Below are positions 51,216 through 63,900 of a DNA stretch of 64,000 nucleotides, piece by piece. The DNA is from Lingula anatina. Lineage: Eukaryota > Animalia > Brachiopoda. The stretch's first letter is position 1. Each line of letters starts with the position of its first letter. A model generated the notes under the pieces. It saw nothing but the letters and a program-made list of their open reading frames with translations, was not told where the DNA came from and did no database searches. Where the stretch lies: positions 14,358,644-14,422,643 of the forward strand of contig CM120643.1 of the NCBI GenBank assembly GCA_051362555.1. The letters run 5' to 3'. The translations under genes were made by a program, and so were the position numbers.

Positions 51216-54200
51216 GGGCCTGCAACATAATGATGACAAAGTGAAGTCTAAAGCTTTGTTGGCCACATACCTCACATTGAAATAGATCATGGTAAAGCCG
51301 CTGATGCGTTCTTTGAGTGATTCACGAAACTTTGGTCATTTATATAGCGTTTAAGACACTGCGCATAATGATCAGGTGATTGACTCTGAGTCACCAAATG
51401 AAACAAAGGCGACCTGTGTTTAGTGTCAGATTAGAAAAACGTAATGAATAATATATCATTAAGTGTATAAACTGTAATATGCTGGTCTGACTCGAACATA
51501 AACAGCAGACTGCTGACACATAATGTATCAAGGACTTTCCCCATTGTTTCATTTTCATTGTGTGATTTCATTAAAATATATAGTCTTATTTTCTAATTTG
51601 TTTTTTGCAATCCTGGTTTCATTACGTTCAAAGGGATACTTACACACCGAAGGAAAATTCGAATACAACAGTTACATCGAAGCTAGAAATAGAATGGTAA
51701 TTTGAATTAGTGACTTACTTCATATTTATGTTTGCTTAGGGTATGGTTTCCAAATACCATACCCCCATCTTTGTTTATTTAGAATTATGAAAAATTCTTA
51801 ATCTTTACCATCATATTAGATATTGCACCCAATATTCTACAGTGGTTGCATGAATACTGTATAGCTCGCATGTTTTGAAAACCATGAATCATATATGTGA
51901 AACCTGCAGAAACGTCGAATGTGAACGATTCAAAATAAAGTTCATTGTGTTCAGGGTTTGACATAGTGATATCCTCAGACATCCAAAATTGACCCGTCTG
52001 ACCATAAGGTAAACTTGAAGGACACTATTTAACCTGGTATTTCAGGTGAATGGTGTGACCAAATTAGGAAAAAGAACCCGACTTGAGGAAGGTTTACACT
52101 GTATCATTAGAAAGATTAAGATTAACTCTACCGTTAGTATGCCGTGGTACTAATGTAAAGGTACCAGGGTAGTTGATTGCAACAATTTGGATTATTTTAC
52201 AACGTGGATCTCTGTCCCTAAATAATCTTTAAAACTCTTATGTTTGGAGGCTACATTTGCCATGTATTTTGAAAAGGCTTTAATATTTCAGACAATAATC
52301 TGTGAATAAACATTGCAACATCATATATTTTCATATTACTATTTTACTTTGAAAATGTTATTAGTTTTACACTGCTCGGCGTTTGAACTTGCTAAATGTG
52401 CCATAATGGTGTTTGTGTGTGTTGATATCAAATTGCCCTTAATGTTTACTGCTTCGAGGAAAGTGTCAGAACTGTTATACAAGTATTGTCCCGTAAAGAC
52501 AGTCACAGTTCTGACAGATAACTGAACCTAAGAACTGGTGTCAACTTTGTCCCGAGATATAACACGGCATGACAGCTAGATATACCTGTATGCTACTAGC
52601 CCCAAGCAAACCTTTTATTTGTAACAAGATATTCCATCACTCCAGGAGATCCGAGGCAATAATTTAAATTGATCACAGAGTTTTGCCCCGATTTTACTAG
52701 ATTAATGATAATTAACATGTTATGCTTTCAGAAATTACAGCAAGCTCCCCTTTACTACCGGATCTCAGAATGTCTCAGTTAATAGAAATGGCACAAGCGT
52801 GATGATATTTTCTATAAGAGGTGACCGAGTTGCCTATAAACTAAAACTCAGGTCACAGGTACTGGTACATGTAAAAATACTCCAACTGTACTGCCAGATA
52901 CGCATGAGCAGTCAACTGACGGCAACTGTGTAAGACAACATGTCTAACAATAAACAAAAACGTGTTCTTGCTTTGACTCACCTTTATAAGCGATCACTCT
53001 ATTATATCTAATCATATGTAGGTCAATCTACCTGTATATTGCTATCGGCATCAGTTCTGAATATACTTCTTATTCATTATGCAATTCATTGTTAGCTATT
53101 TAGCTTAATGAGCTCAGGCGAGCATTTTTCTGTATTGGCCTTAAAAAAATAAAATAAAACAATTGAGTAGGGCTAGCCATACATATTAGGTTCTGCTGAA
53201 CAATTGGTGAAAGGATATCTAGAAGCAGGTGCTTGCTTAAAGAGATTGTTCGATAGTCGACTCCTGTATTGCTTATTTCCTATAAATACTCCTCTAGTCC
53301 TTTTCCATTTAGCGAAGGACTGTTAATCCCCTCACTACGATTTTTTCTTTCGAACCTTTCCACAGAACTTTCGTTTTCTCAATCACATAATTACATGTAA
53401 TAGTAAGGTGTAACGATTGGGTCGAACTACTCGATAAACAACAAAGACGACACGTGGCGGGCCGAACAGCCCTTTTTTTCCAAACCCGGGCACCTAACTT
53501 AAAATATTAAGACGAAAGCAAGAGCGTTCAAAGCTCTCAAGGTGACTTTGTAACGTGCGGTTTGGCAAGGGTAATCTTGGTTCATTCTGACTGGCAATGG
53601 AAAATCTTAAATCCTCGCGATCATGATACTTCGGCTGATACCTGGTGTTTGTAAATGGTTCGTGAAAGGCCACAGATATTTTGAAATGTCCAAAGCAACC
53701 CCGTACACAGCCACCGTATGATATAACCACGTATTGGTGCCAGAACCGCTGAAACAAAGCTGAAACAGTCCCTAGTGATAATTACCTTTATTGCGATTGC
53801 ACGTGCATTCGGTACCACTCTTCTCATCAGGGAGTATATCTTTAGATTACGATATTGACGTTATACTAGCTATCGCATGTAGCGAATAGGCCTATATTTT
53901 GTCTCTTACAGGTCCATAGATGTAAAAAAAATGTTTACGTTTCCTGAACTCTTCCCGATCTTACATGCGTAGTTATTCTGTAGCATATGTTTAATCGCGT
54001 TGACGTCCATATTCTTACCTCGAAGACGACCGCAATCACCCCAGTCCGTCCTTAGCGTTGCCACTATTGACCTTTATTCTTATACAATGCACCACTCGAA
54101 CAGTGTTAACTCAGTCCTAACTGGGCCACAAGTGTCTTATCGAATCCTGATAATATACCTGTAATGTCAGTCATAGGTATAAGCGTGATTGTGTGGCTTG

Positions 54201-54396
54201 ACTCGGTGTATACACAACCTACATGTAGTCCCTCCGTGCTTTCGAGTCGTCATGTGAACCACGGGTTATAAATATTATTAATGGCAAGTGGAGGAAGTTA
54301 TTTGTAGTTGGTATATTTAAGGGCATTTAAAGGTATACCATCCGGGAAGAAAATGCCCCAAAGTCATATTTTCTAGTCTGTATATTGTGTAATCTA

Positions 54397-56057
54397 CAGA
54401 CTTGACATTTAATATGGAATATTTTTTTCCAAATCATTTTTCATCAGTTTTTTTCCTATTTAGCTGACTGATAAATGAAAATAAGGATTAAAATCGTGTT
54501 TTAACAACTTTAAATTACCTCTTTGATGTCATTGTGACATCAGTTAATTAATGGAATTCGACAAAGAAGCAAGCAAAAACACATTGCCTATTCTATGTCA
54601 TACGACAACCATTAAAAGAGATATTTTGGACCTCCAGATTTTCCAAATTATTGTCTGTAAAGGAGTTACACGCTCCACAAAGGACCCTCATGTCAGTGTC
54701 TAGTCACAGTAACGGCCGCTGTTACGCATGACCTCTTCAGGCTGCTACCAGCGCTCTCAAGTGTCAACGGATTCCTTGGGATAGGTTTTTTAAGTTCAAT
54801 CTGGAATAACAGTCCAGGCATCGGTCAAAATCTGTCCAATTTGGTCCAGTTTTGTTGTAGATCATGTAGGCCATTGATTCGGCGAGTAATGGCCTACCCA
54901 CATATTGTCTATGTGGTTCAAATATGGTGATTTTGATGACCAAGGTAGCTGCTCATTCCTTAGGTTCTGTAAGTAATCTGCTATTAAAAGTGCTCTGTAA
55001 GAACCGGCAATCTCACCGTGCAACCTAAAATTGTTCCTAAGTTGCCCCCTATCAAATGATAGCCAAATGGTTCCCAGATTATTTCTTTATTTGATCTGGT
55101 TCAGGTTTTCGTCGTTGACTACCATTGGTGTTTTGGCACCAATGTGATTTCCACTCCAAATACTGACGCTGTTAATGACCTTAGTCACTTTAGATGCGGC
55201 ACACGCTTCGTCGTTGGCCTCTTTTGGATGTCTGTAAACTCTATTTTGACTGTTGAGCGGTACAGGTGAAATCTGACCTCAATACAGAAAGCCACGAGAT
55301 TTCAGTGTTCAACCCAGAAACAGTCAATGTCCCCAATTCATTAGAGAAACATACAACGATGTTTTGCTGTTTACAGTGGGTTCCTTGGAAGTCGTCTGGT
55401 ATTCTAACCTGCTAAAACCAGTTTGGTGTAAGCTGAGGGCCTTGAAAAGTGCATTTTGGTGGCAATTTACCCCTCATTCTGAATGGACTGGGTGGCTTTT
55501 GTTTAGTTGCAACAGCATATCCCGAAAGACAGTGGGTCCTGTGTCCTGGTGGTAAGATTTCAATACATTGGGTGTGGCCTCTGTGTAGGTACATCAGTCT
55601 GGGCATTACTCTATAAAACTGTGCGGACCGTTTCGTTTGGCACAATTATCTGTCTGGCAATGCCTGTCTTTTTCGCGCCATTCTGCCACAGATTAACAAA
55701 TTTGTAAAGCACTGCATAGCTCATTTTACACACAGCAAACCAGACCACTTGCATGCAAAATTTTAAATTATTCTATGCAGCAGTTGCCGACATATGAATA
55801 CTTTTTTGAAAGAACCATGCTTTGCCAAACCCAAGCTTTGACCAGCCCGAAGGAACACTACCCAAGTAAATCACTGCATATTACATAATGCAGCAGCGCA
55901 ACAAACCTGGTATTCAGTTTATTGGTAGCGACACACCTGACTACACACTTCTCCATTCACATATCTTATATGAGATCGGAGTTTGTGAAAAAAAGAATGC
56001 ATTTTCACCTAGGCATACCTTCGAAACTGAAATATTCCATATTAAATGTCAAGTCTG
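54397..56057 (-). mobile_element. Decayed Tc1-family DNA transposon, second copy (1661 bp, inverted relative to 26229-27889)
   Basis: Same 28-bp TIRs and TA flanks; colinear reverse complement of the first copy; SKSPYLNHIDNMW remnant. Confidence 0.93.
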
Positions 56058-56379
56058 TATATCAAGGCTTAAAAGCTTATGAAAAACGAGAAAAGCCCAA
56101 CAATGAAAATGCCTGATGTCGACATTTCGTTCTGAAATGCACCAAGTGGAAGAAGACATGGGGGTCTATAAAACATTCAATTCATATGCAGGAACAAATT
56201 GAGCTACGCTTCGGAAGAAAGAAAAATGGTCTCCTTCTCCAAGAAATTTGGGCGGGAAATCTCGGATAGGATACAATGGGATAAAGTAAGGACCACACGA
56301 GTTTACGTTTTGAGTAACCATTGTTTATTCACGTTTCCTGTGGTCACAATATACCTGATTCCAAGTGTGATGTACATAA

Positions 56380-56414
<35 letters not shown>

Positions 56415-56610
56415 ATATGAACTCAATCAGACAATAACAACAACAGAGCTTAATTGTTCCATATTCTGCTAACAAATCTGCTCCACTTGATGAGAGAGAG
56501 AGAGAAACTAAATAAAAAAGTACTTCCTCGCTGCTACTCGTTTTCTGATCAAGTAAATTGATACAGAACGCGAAAAATAAACACCTTTTTATTTACAGAG
56601 TGTTCACTGT

Positions 56611-58235
56611 CTACAAATTAGGCAAAGAAGCACTGAGCATTGAGACATTAGTGGAGTCTTCCCGGGTGAAGCTTGTCCTCCAGCCTGGAGAGGGGTTCAC
56701 GATGTACAGGTCCATAGGGCCTTTGCCTTTCACTATTTTGGTTTCGTGGAAAGCGCAGGACACTCCGTTTCGCTCCAGCACGTCAGCGGTTTCTTTCGGA
56801 ACCTAAAAAGATATGCAGGAAAAAGCCTTTGACTTTACTCTAAAGTTACTTTAAGCAAGGAAGTATACTTCCATGCTTTAAGCAAGTGCTTCTCCCACGG
56901 ATCAGTTTGACTTCAGGAATGGCGGCTCCAGAGGTGTAAAGATTCGACAAGTACTCATCACCCCCCTCCCCCCTCCAACGAAAAAATATAACGAACGATA
57001 AAACAAAACAAAAAAAAAAAGAATAAAAAAAGAAAAAATAAGTATAATTTCCATGCCCTATATAAAGCAACAAAAAATCATTTTGCACCCCCCCCCCCCC
57101 CCCCCCCCTTAACACAGCCTTAGATTCGCCAGTGCAGTAGCGACGTTTTAAGCACATTTAATTTTTTTAACTAAATGAAAAGTAGATGCAGATTTGGAAG
57201 GGTCTGAGAAATAGATGTAATGTCGGTTTAGATTCACAAGGTTGTATAAAATATATTTTGATTTGATTCTAACGGTTCCGCAAAACGATAACCCTTGCGT
57301 CGGAATATGTCTTCAGAAGGGACGTTTGCATCTTAGAGCTTCCTTCTATTTTTTCGTCTATCATAACTAGAATACGGCTATCCTAGCACAAGGACACGTT
57401 TATCGTTGTTATTTCTGCGGTTACTTACCACGACACTTCCCGTGAGTCCTTGACTCTCCATGCGGCTGGCGACGTTCACTGTGTCGCCCCAGATATCGTA
57501 CTGAGGTTTCTGGGCACCAATAACACCTGCGATTACTGGCCCCCCATGTGCAACGCCTAAAATGATTATAATACATTATACCAAATAATATTTTAAAAAT
57601 CAGCCCAATATTAATAAGTATCTTTTTCAGAAGCCAGCGAGTCACAAGAAAATATTATCGTCGTTTTACTCCAAACAGCATCATCATTATTCAGAAATAT
57701 TATTATAGTAGATCTAAACATAATATACGTGATATTAACGCGGGTTTATCGTGTGGTATTTTATCCAGAAAGGGAAATCATCCAATGGAGAAAGTCTGAA
57801 TGTTAAAATTATTAAATTCAAATTTGAAAATATCTGTGTTTTGCTTGAAAATCCCCGCAGAGCATACCTATCCTCAGCATGTAGTCGAACATGGCGTGAC
57901 GGCTGATTGCTTCCAGTCTCCACATCATCGTGAAGACGAACTTCATCATCACTAGCACATTGCGGTCTTTTGAATCTATCTATTGAACCAAAAGTAGTGT
58001 GCATTAAAAACAACTCTTTTCGCTCATCTATCTGTCTATTTAACCACGCACATCATTCAATCATTCCGTTTCAGTTATATTAAGCAGATGGAACTCCTTG
58101 GTTATATTACCTGACTGCTGGTAGAGGGGAGGTACTATCTGTGCCTAGCCAGGCTTTAAATGAATATACTTTCACTTGTAACCTCACACTTTCTTCGGGA
58201 CAATATTTGTCAGGTGTCTTCCACACTCCATTAGA

Positions 58236-58274
<39 letters not shown>

Positions 58275-61200
58275 GACTCCGGGTAGAGAGAAGGTATTAC
58301 CTGGGCCATACTGTCCAAGTATTCCACTGGTCGCAGACCCGTTGCCGCCATGTACGTGCTGCCTATCGTTTTGATTTTCTCCACGTCCATGAACTGCTTC
58401 TGATTTAGGAGCTAGAAGATGGATTAATGGTTATTGGATATGAGCGGAAGACGACAGAATACACATAACCACCACATTGGGTATCGGTAGCTAGACTGTA
58501 TTTTGGTGGAAATTTTGACAAGGAATGTAGCGCGGTTTGCGTGTTTTTTTTTCTTTTCTTTTTCTTTTTTTTTTTTCGGATTTTTCGCATGCACTTGTTA
58601 CATTGCGCAATATCCCGGCCAAAAAATGTATGTGTTAAGAACATACTGTATTAAAAATAATTAAGCTATTGTTTTAATGAGATATATAAAAGCAGTGTAG
58701 GCCTAAATCCTTTAAATAAATCAAAACTGAAGAAAAAATAACAACAGTTTGAATCTAAGCGTGGATGATAGTATTCCGATGGATACGAGACACCAGTACT
58801 GGTACACGAGAGAACACGGGAACTATACAAATCTTAGCATCCTCCAAAAAGCTTAAAGCCAAATCTAGACATAATCGTTGCATTCTAATGACGATCAACG
58901 TGATATCAATTAATAGCCAATATCATTATTGGTGCAGGCGAGAGTTGGAAGTAAAGGAATCATCAATATCGAAGTGATAACTGTGATTTCATGACTGAGG
59001 ACTCTGACCACAAGACAACGAATGCAAAATTGTCTCAAAGAGTTTACCTTATCAAATGCCGCAATTATTTCGTTTAACAAACGCAGACAGCCAATCCCGT
59101 AATTGTTAATCTCTGTCTCCTCGTAGAACACTTGGTGGTAGTCAGGTATGGAGGCGAACATCACACAGACAGACTCGTGGACGTTATGGTACAGCTTCAA
59201 TATGATGAAAGAAATACAAAAGCATTTATTATAGAACTCTCAGTATACGATTCTCTTAATTGATAACCGTTTAAATTAGGTATCCTGTTGCTTACATTTC
59301 ATCTCCTCCACCTTTGAGAGAAGTGAAGATGTTGTATTGTTAATACAGCAGCGTTTGGAATAGGGAATTCTTTTATTTCAGGTAATATTATTGGGTTTTC
59401 GTGCCGAGCTGTTTAAATTAGGTATCGTGTTGCTTACACTTCACCTCCTTCGCCTTTAAGACAGGTGATGAAGTTGTATCGTAAATACAGTAGTATTTTG
59501 AATAGAGACTTCTTTTATTTCAGATAAATTTTACGGGTTTTGACGTTGAGCTGACCACACCCACATGTCTGCCCCTGTGGCCTAATGGATAAGGCGTCGG
59601 TCTCCTAAACCGAAGATTGCGGGTTCGACTCCCGCCAGGGGTACCTTTCTTTTGTATACGCAAAAGCCAGGTAAAGTCATATAGCACAAAATAGTAATTG
59701 CACTCCAAAAAAAAAAAAAGTAAATAAATAAATAAATATAAATAAAAAAAGACCCAAGGACTGAACCGAATGCATTTTGAAGAAAAAGTTTTCACTATCA
59801 AAACACGCTAACCTCTTTTGTTCTGTGAGGTTGCATGAAGTGCTCCGCCACGTGTTTTGGGAGAATGTTTTCCAGCAATAACGAGTTCAGCAGATCATTT
59901 TTCGCCACCTCTTCCTTGTCGTCCCGGATTTTTTTCTTCCACAGAAAGTCCAAACGCATACTTTTTTCGATCTGTAAATACATTATAATGGGCATTTTTC
60001 TTTTTACTTTTAATACCACTACTTTTCAATTTAAAATGGTCATTTGAAGTTTGCATTTTAATTGTTAAGTCTACAGAACACATTATGGATTTTAGACTAT
60101 CAATAGAAATATTATTATTATTATATAAGAAAACAGCTCATTTACAAAAACCAACCCAAATGCACATCTAACTGGAAAAATTTTTTTGTTTGCATAACAC
60201 AAATTTTTACAAGTATTATTACAAGTGATAATAAAAATTTGTCTAAAAATTGATTGCCAAAAAGGTTTGCAACATTCACAGTGGCCGTATGGATGGGGCT
60301 TTGGTTTCCTTTTTGAAGCTTAAGAGTTCTGCTAGGGGCGCCCCTTCCTGACCTTAATACAAAAACATGTCACTATCCATTCAAGGTATCAAAACTCACA
60401 GAACTAAATCACATTCAGTAAATATAATATTTTTGCATATACAGACCTGTCTGTCGTGAACTATCAAAGTGAATAGGAGTACGCCCAGATATAAGCTGCC
60501 TCGTATTTCTGTACTCCACACATTATGATTAGATTTCGCAGTTGACGTAAAACTGTAAAAAAAGAGGAACAAAAAGTACGATTATTATAATAGAAGCTTT
60601 CTAATTGCCTAGATTACAAATAACCCAAGGAATTAGAATTCATATTTTGCCTCATCCAGTTTTTATTGCCATTAGAAAAGAACAGAAATAAACCATCATA
60701 TGATACTCAGACGAAAGTAGTGCTGAAAAAATTAAATCTACGCTACTGTCTGTTCCGTAAAGATTTAATTTCCATTCTTTATTGGTTTGTTAACCCTTAG
60801 GTATTACTGAAGTTTTCCAAATTGCATATTAGTATTAGTTTTCGAATAACCTGAAAAGCCCGCTTAATCAGTTGTTTTGAATGTACAATTGCAATCTCGC
60901 CTGGGTGGAGTGCCAGTCTCTTATAGGATTTGGATCTCGAAAATGGCATACGCCACACCAGGAGTCTCTGCAATTTGTTACACAATTCAGTTTTGTAACA
61001 AACTACAGAGACCCCTGGCGGAGAGAAATACATCCCTGCAAACGTGCTAAATCATATCTTCTCAAGGTAAAATCGTTATTACTGAATTCTAAACCTAATT
61101 TTTAGCTGATATCCAACCCATCACACTTCCACATGATTTTCGTACATGTAGTTTGGAAACACCTATGACTTACTGCATGACGGTGCTGAAGGTCGTGAAT

Positions 61201-63827
61201 ACAAATTTATGCTGGTAGAATAGCACGTTGTACAGCACCAGACAAAGAACCATGAATCCGATTTTCACCATGAAGTAGAGCTTCAGGAACACGCTGCAGG
61301 CTATTAGTGCCAGCATGCACATGTGGACGTAATACTGAAATTTTAAATAAGACATTTAGTGTTTAAGGTTATAGCCTGCCGCATTCCTAATGCACTTAAT
61401 GGAAATATTCTAATGTATTTGGGTGGTTTTTAAAATAAAAGGCTCGGGTGTACACAAAATACTGGAGGGTGTAGATAATAAAGTAAAATTTAACAAGCGA
61501 AATGTAGGTACTCTGTTTAGTTTCATAAATTTATATTGTCCTGAGAACAAGGTATTCACCAGTTGATCAGAATTAAATGTTTGGGTATTACGAGGCCAAT
61601 TTTTCTTAACGACGAGGCCTCCTATATTTTATAGACACGTAACGAGGACTGCATCACTAGATTTTCTGGTCCCAAAACTCCAATTATATAAATGGAGTAC
61701 GCTGAACATGATAACCAACTCGGTTTTATATTTCACAGCTACATGTACAGATGCAAAGGTAGAGGGAAATGAATTAGTCCAAAACGCAATACCCAGAACA
61801 CGCTAAAGGCAAAATTGACATTTCCTTTTATAGCACATGCAATATAACGAGCTCTGAACAATGTTTTTATTGTTACATTCCTGTAGTTCGCTCTTCAAGT
61901 TTTGAGTCGAATAATAAATCTCACCGTTGCCAACAGACAAAAATCTTCTTCCACCAAACTGCAGCTCGTGGTATTTACATAAGGTTGTTGTGTAAAATCT
62001 TTGCAATCTATCTGGATGCAGAAAAAAGAATTTGATGAATCAATAAAAATGGGTTCCACTTAAACCTGTTGACTGTTAAAGTTAAAAATCACTGAAGATA
62101 TGTTATATTCATTATTAAGTAATAGGCGAACTCCTCGAGACTTATAAAACTTAAATTGTTTGATAGCCGAAATTCCTTAACTGAAGTCACCAGCGAGCAT
62201 GTGTGTGCGCGCGAATCTTAGTGGTTTTTATCTTTTTTAAAGTTACTAGTTCTATAACTATAAAATTATAAAACTATAAGATTTGGCATATCAGTTTAGG
62301 TAGGCCTATAGATTCTTTGGGAACAATGAACGAAGTTGGTTTTGATTTAAGTTTATACTTAAGTGTAGTTCTTTTTTCGATACTGTCCCAGATTCACGCT
62401 GTCCCAGCTTTCATGAACGACCACATACAACAAGCAACTTACCACAGTTATAAAACACGATATAAAAATAACGGCTAAACAGACGCCGGCAGTCATCGTG
62501 CGAAGAATTTTATTCACATGTCGTCTTTGTTTCTCTTTTAGTTTTGGTCGTTTGATGGTTCTTATGATGAAGTCAAAGCAACTTCTTGCGTGGTCCTGAA
62601 ATGATAAAGACCATGTACCTGTCTTACAATTCAACATTTCTAAAACGACGTTCTCGACGCAAAGAGTTAAACTGTTTGACCTTTATATTTATCGCTGACA
62701 AGTTAACGACTACCCTACGAGGATTCTCGCGCGTTTTCTAGGCTTGTATGGCACGTCGAAATACCGGCAGCCTCGTTTTTATGTTTACTGTATCTCAGAT
62801 AATTTCAGTTAAACCTTGGCATTTCTTGGATTATCAGCTTTGGTTGTTTATCACATCTAATTAAATGATTCAACTGACAGGCAGAAGTAGCAAATCAATT
62901 AGAAACTCGGTAATATAGGCGCCATATACTTACTGTTCGCTTTGTGAAAAATAGAACTACCAGAAAAAACATCGACCCGCCAGCAAACGTTATGAAAAGA
63001 GTGTTTTTCCTGCAAAGAAACAGCTAAACTTGATTTTCTTTTTTTTTCAAACACATATTTTACATTAAACTTAGATTTATTATTGAATAACAAGCCTAAA
63101 CTCAGTGAAAACTAGATAGGTCAACAAGTTATAAAAGCTCTGTGACCTTACAAATTGGTTGATTTAAGGTTTGCAATTTTTGCCAGGGATTTGCTCATTT
63201 AACCTTGTTGCTCGCAAATCTACCCTGATAGAAGAATCCAAATTGCCTTACATTTCTTTCCACTGAATTATATTTGCCCTCGAGCTAAAATTCTCTCCTT
63301 GACATTCATTGTACACCGGTCGCAAAAAAAAAAATGTTGACTACTGCGTGATTGCGAGGTACAGACCAACCAAAATCCTTCACTCACTTGGGTAAGGCAA
63401 TGAACTGAACGGCACCAATCACAATGTAGATAAGAAAAGCACAACCCACGTTGTATTTAAATAACGTGTCTCGCTGAAGGCTGTATTGCACTTCTGTTTT
63501 AGGATCTCGAAACATCAGAGCGACGGAGTTTATGTATGATTTTGCGTCCAAATCTCTAGAATGAAAAAATATAAACGTAGGAATAGGAGTATCTTTGTAG
63601 CTTTTTTCAAATTTTCATAAACTCTTCTTTATTTGAAAACTCAATTAGCTGGCCACAGTTTTTAATATTGCATGACATCTTTCTAGACAGTCCTAAAAAC
63701 ACTATCTCAGATAACTGTACCTTTTCTCCCCAGAATCCAGTGACTCTTCCAGGTGAAAGCCTCGTTTCAGACTTTCGTTGACTTCTTTTTGATCTGATGT
63801 CAGTCCTTCACAGATTGTGTACTGGGC
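56611..63827 (-). CDS. Transmembrane adenylyl cyclase (type 2/4/7-like), C1b-M2-C2 half; gene continues beyond 64000
   Basis: 13 phase-consistent exons: 63721-63827, 63388-63555 (FKYNVGCA), 62934-63009, 62443-62595, 61925-62011, 61174-61334, 60447-60552, 59813-59971 ([21 protein letters not shown]), 59048-59194 ([21 protein letters not shown]), 58301-58411 ([16 protein letters not shown]), 57868-57979, 57429-57556 ([25 protein letters not shown]), 56611-56802 (VKGKG, TAG). The ATP-specifying K and D and the catalytic N and R are present. Confidence 0.95.
59269..59552. repeat. Diverged tandem duplication, 2 x 142 bp
   Basis: GTTTAAATTAGGTATC.TGTTGCTTACA at 59269 and 59411, colinear through TTCTTTTATTTCAG...GAGCT. 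Confidence 0.88.
59571..59643 (+). tRNA. tRNA-Arg, anticodon CCT, antisense within an adenylyl cyclase intron
   Basis: Acceptor stem GCCCCTG/CAGGGGT, D arm with A box TGGCCTAATGG, anticodon stem TCGGT/ACCGA with loop CTCCTAA, T arm GCGGG-TTCGACT-CCCGC, and downstream T-run terminator. Confidence 0.97.
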
Positions 63828-63840
63828 CTAAAAGATTAGG

Positions 63841-63900
63841 TTCAAGAATTGTGAAACACATAATATATATAAATTCTTTATGTGTTTCACAATTTTTGAA
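63841..63900. repeat. Near-perfect 23-bp inverted repeat
   Basis: TTCAAGAATTGTGAAACACATAA (63841-63863) versus TTATGTGTTTCACAATTTTTGAA (63878-63900), 22/23 complementary. Confidence 0.9.

Noticed and set aside
50549-51228. Short ORFs overlapping MYORG
   Set aside because: Alternative-frame or antisense shadows of a well-supported exon.
51216-51290. N-terminal extension MIYFNVRY... of the 489-aa MYORG ORF
   Set aside because: A splice acceptor (ttgcag|G) at 51220/51219 indicates this is intronic; the ATG at 51215 directly precedes the membrane anchor.
53494-53827. Two minus-strand ORFs upstream of MYORG as coding first exons
   Set aside because: Available donors do not match the phase of the 51219 acceptor and no motifs were recognised; more likely promoter or UTR sequence.
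59520-59801. 93-aa minus-strand ORF, or a tRNA-derived SINE
   Set aside because: The ORF is the antisense of the tRNA; the tRNA has perfect stems and an immediate T-run terminator with no SINE body.
30575-63827. Functional purine/energy gene cluster (APRT, Rieske, adenylyl cyclase)
   Set aside because: Mixed orientations and separate promoters in an animal genome; adjacency alone is not evidence of a coordinated system.
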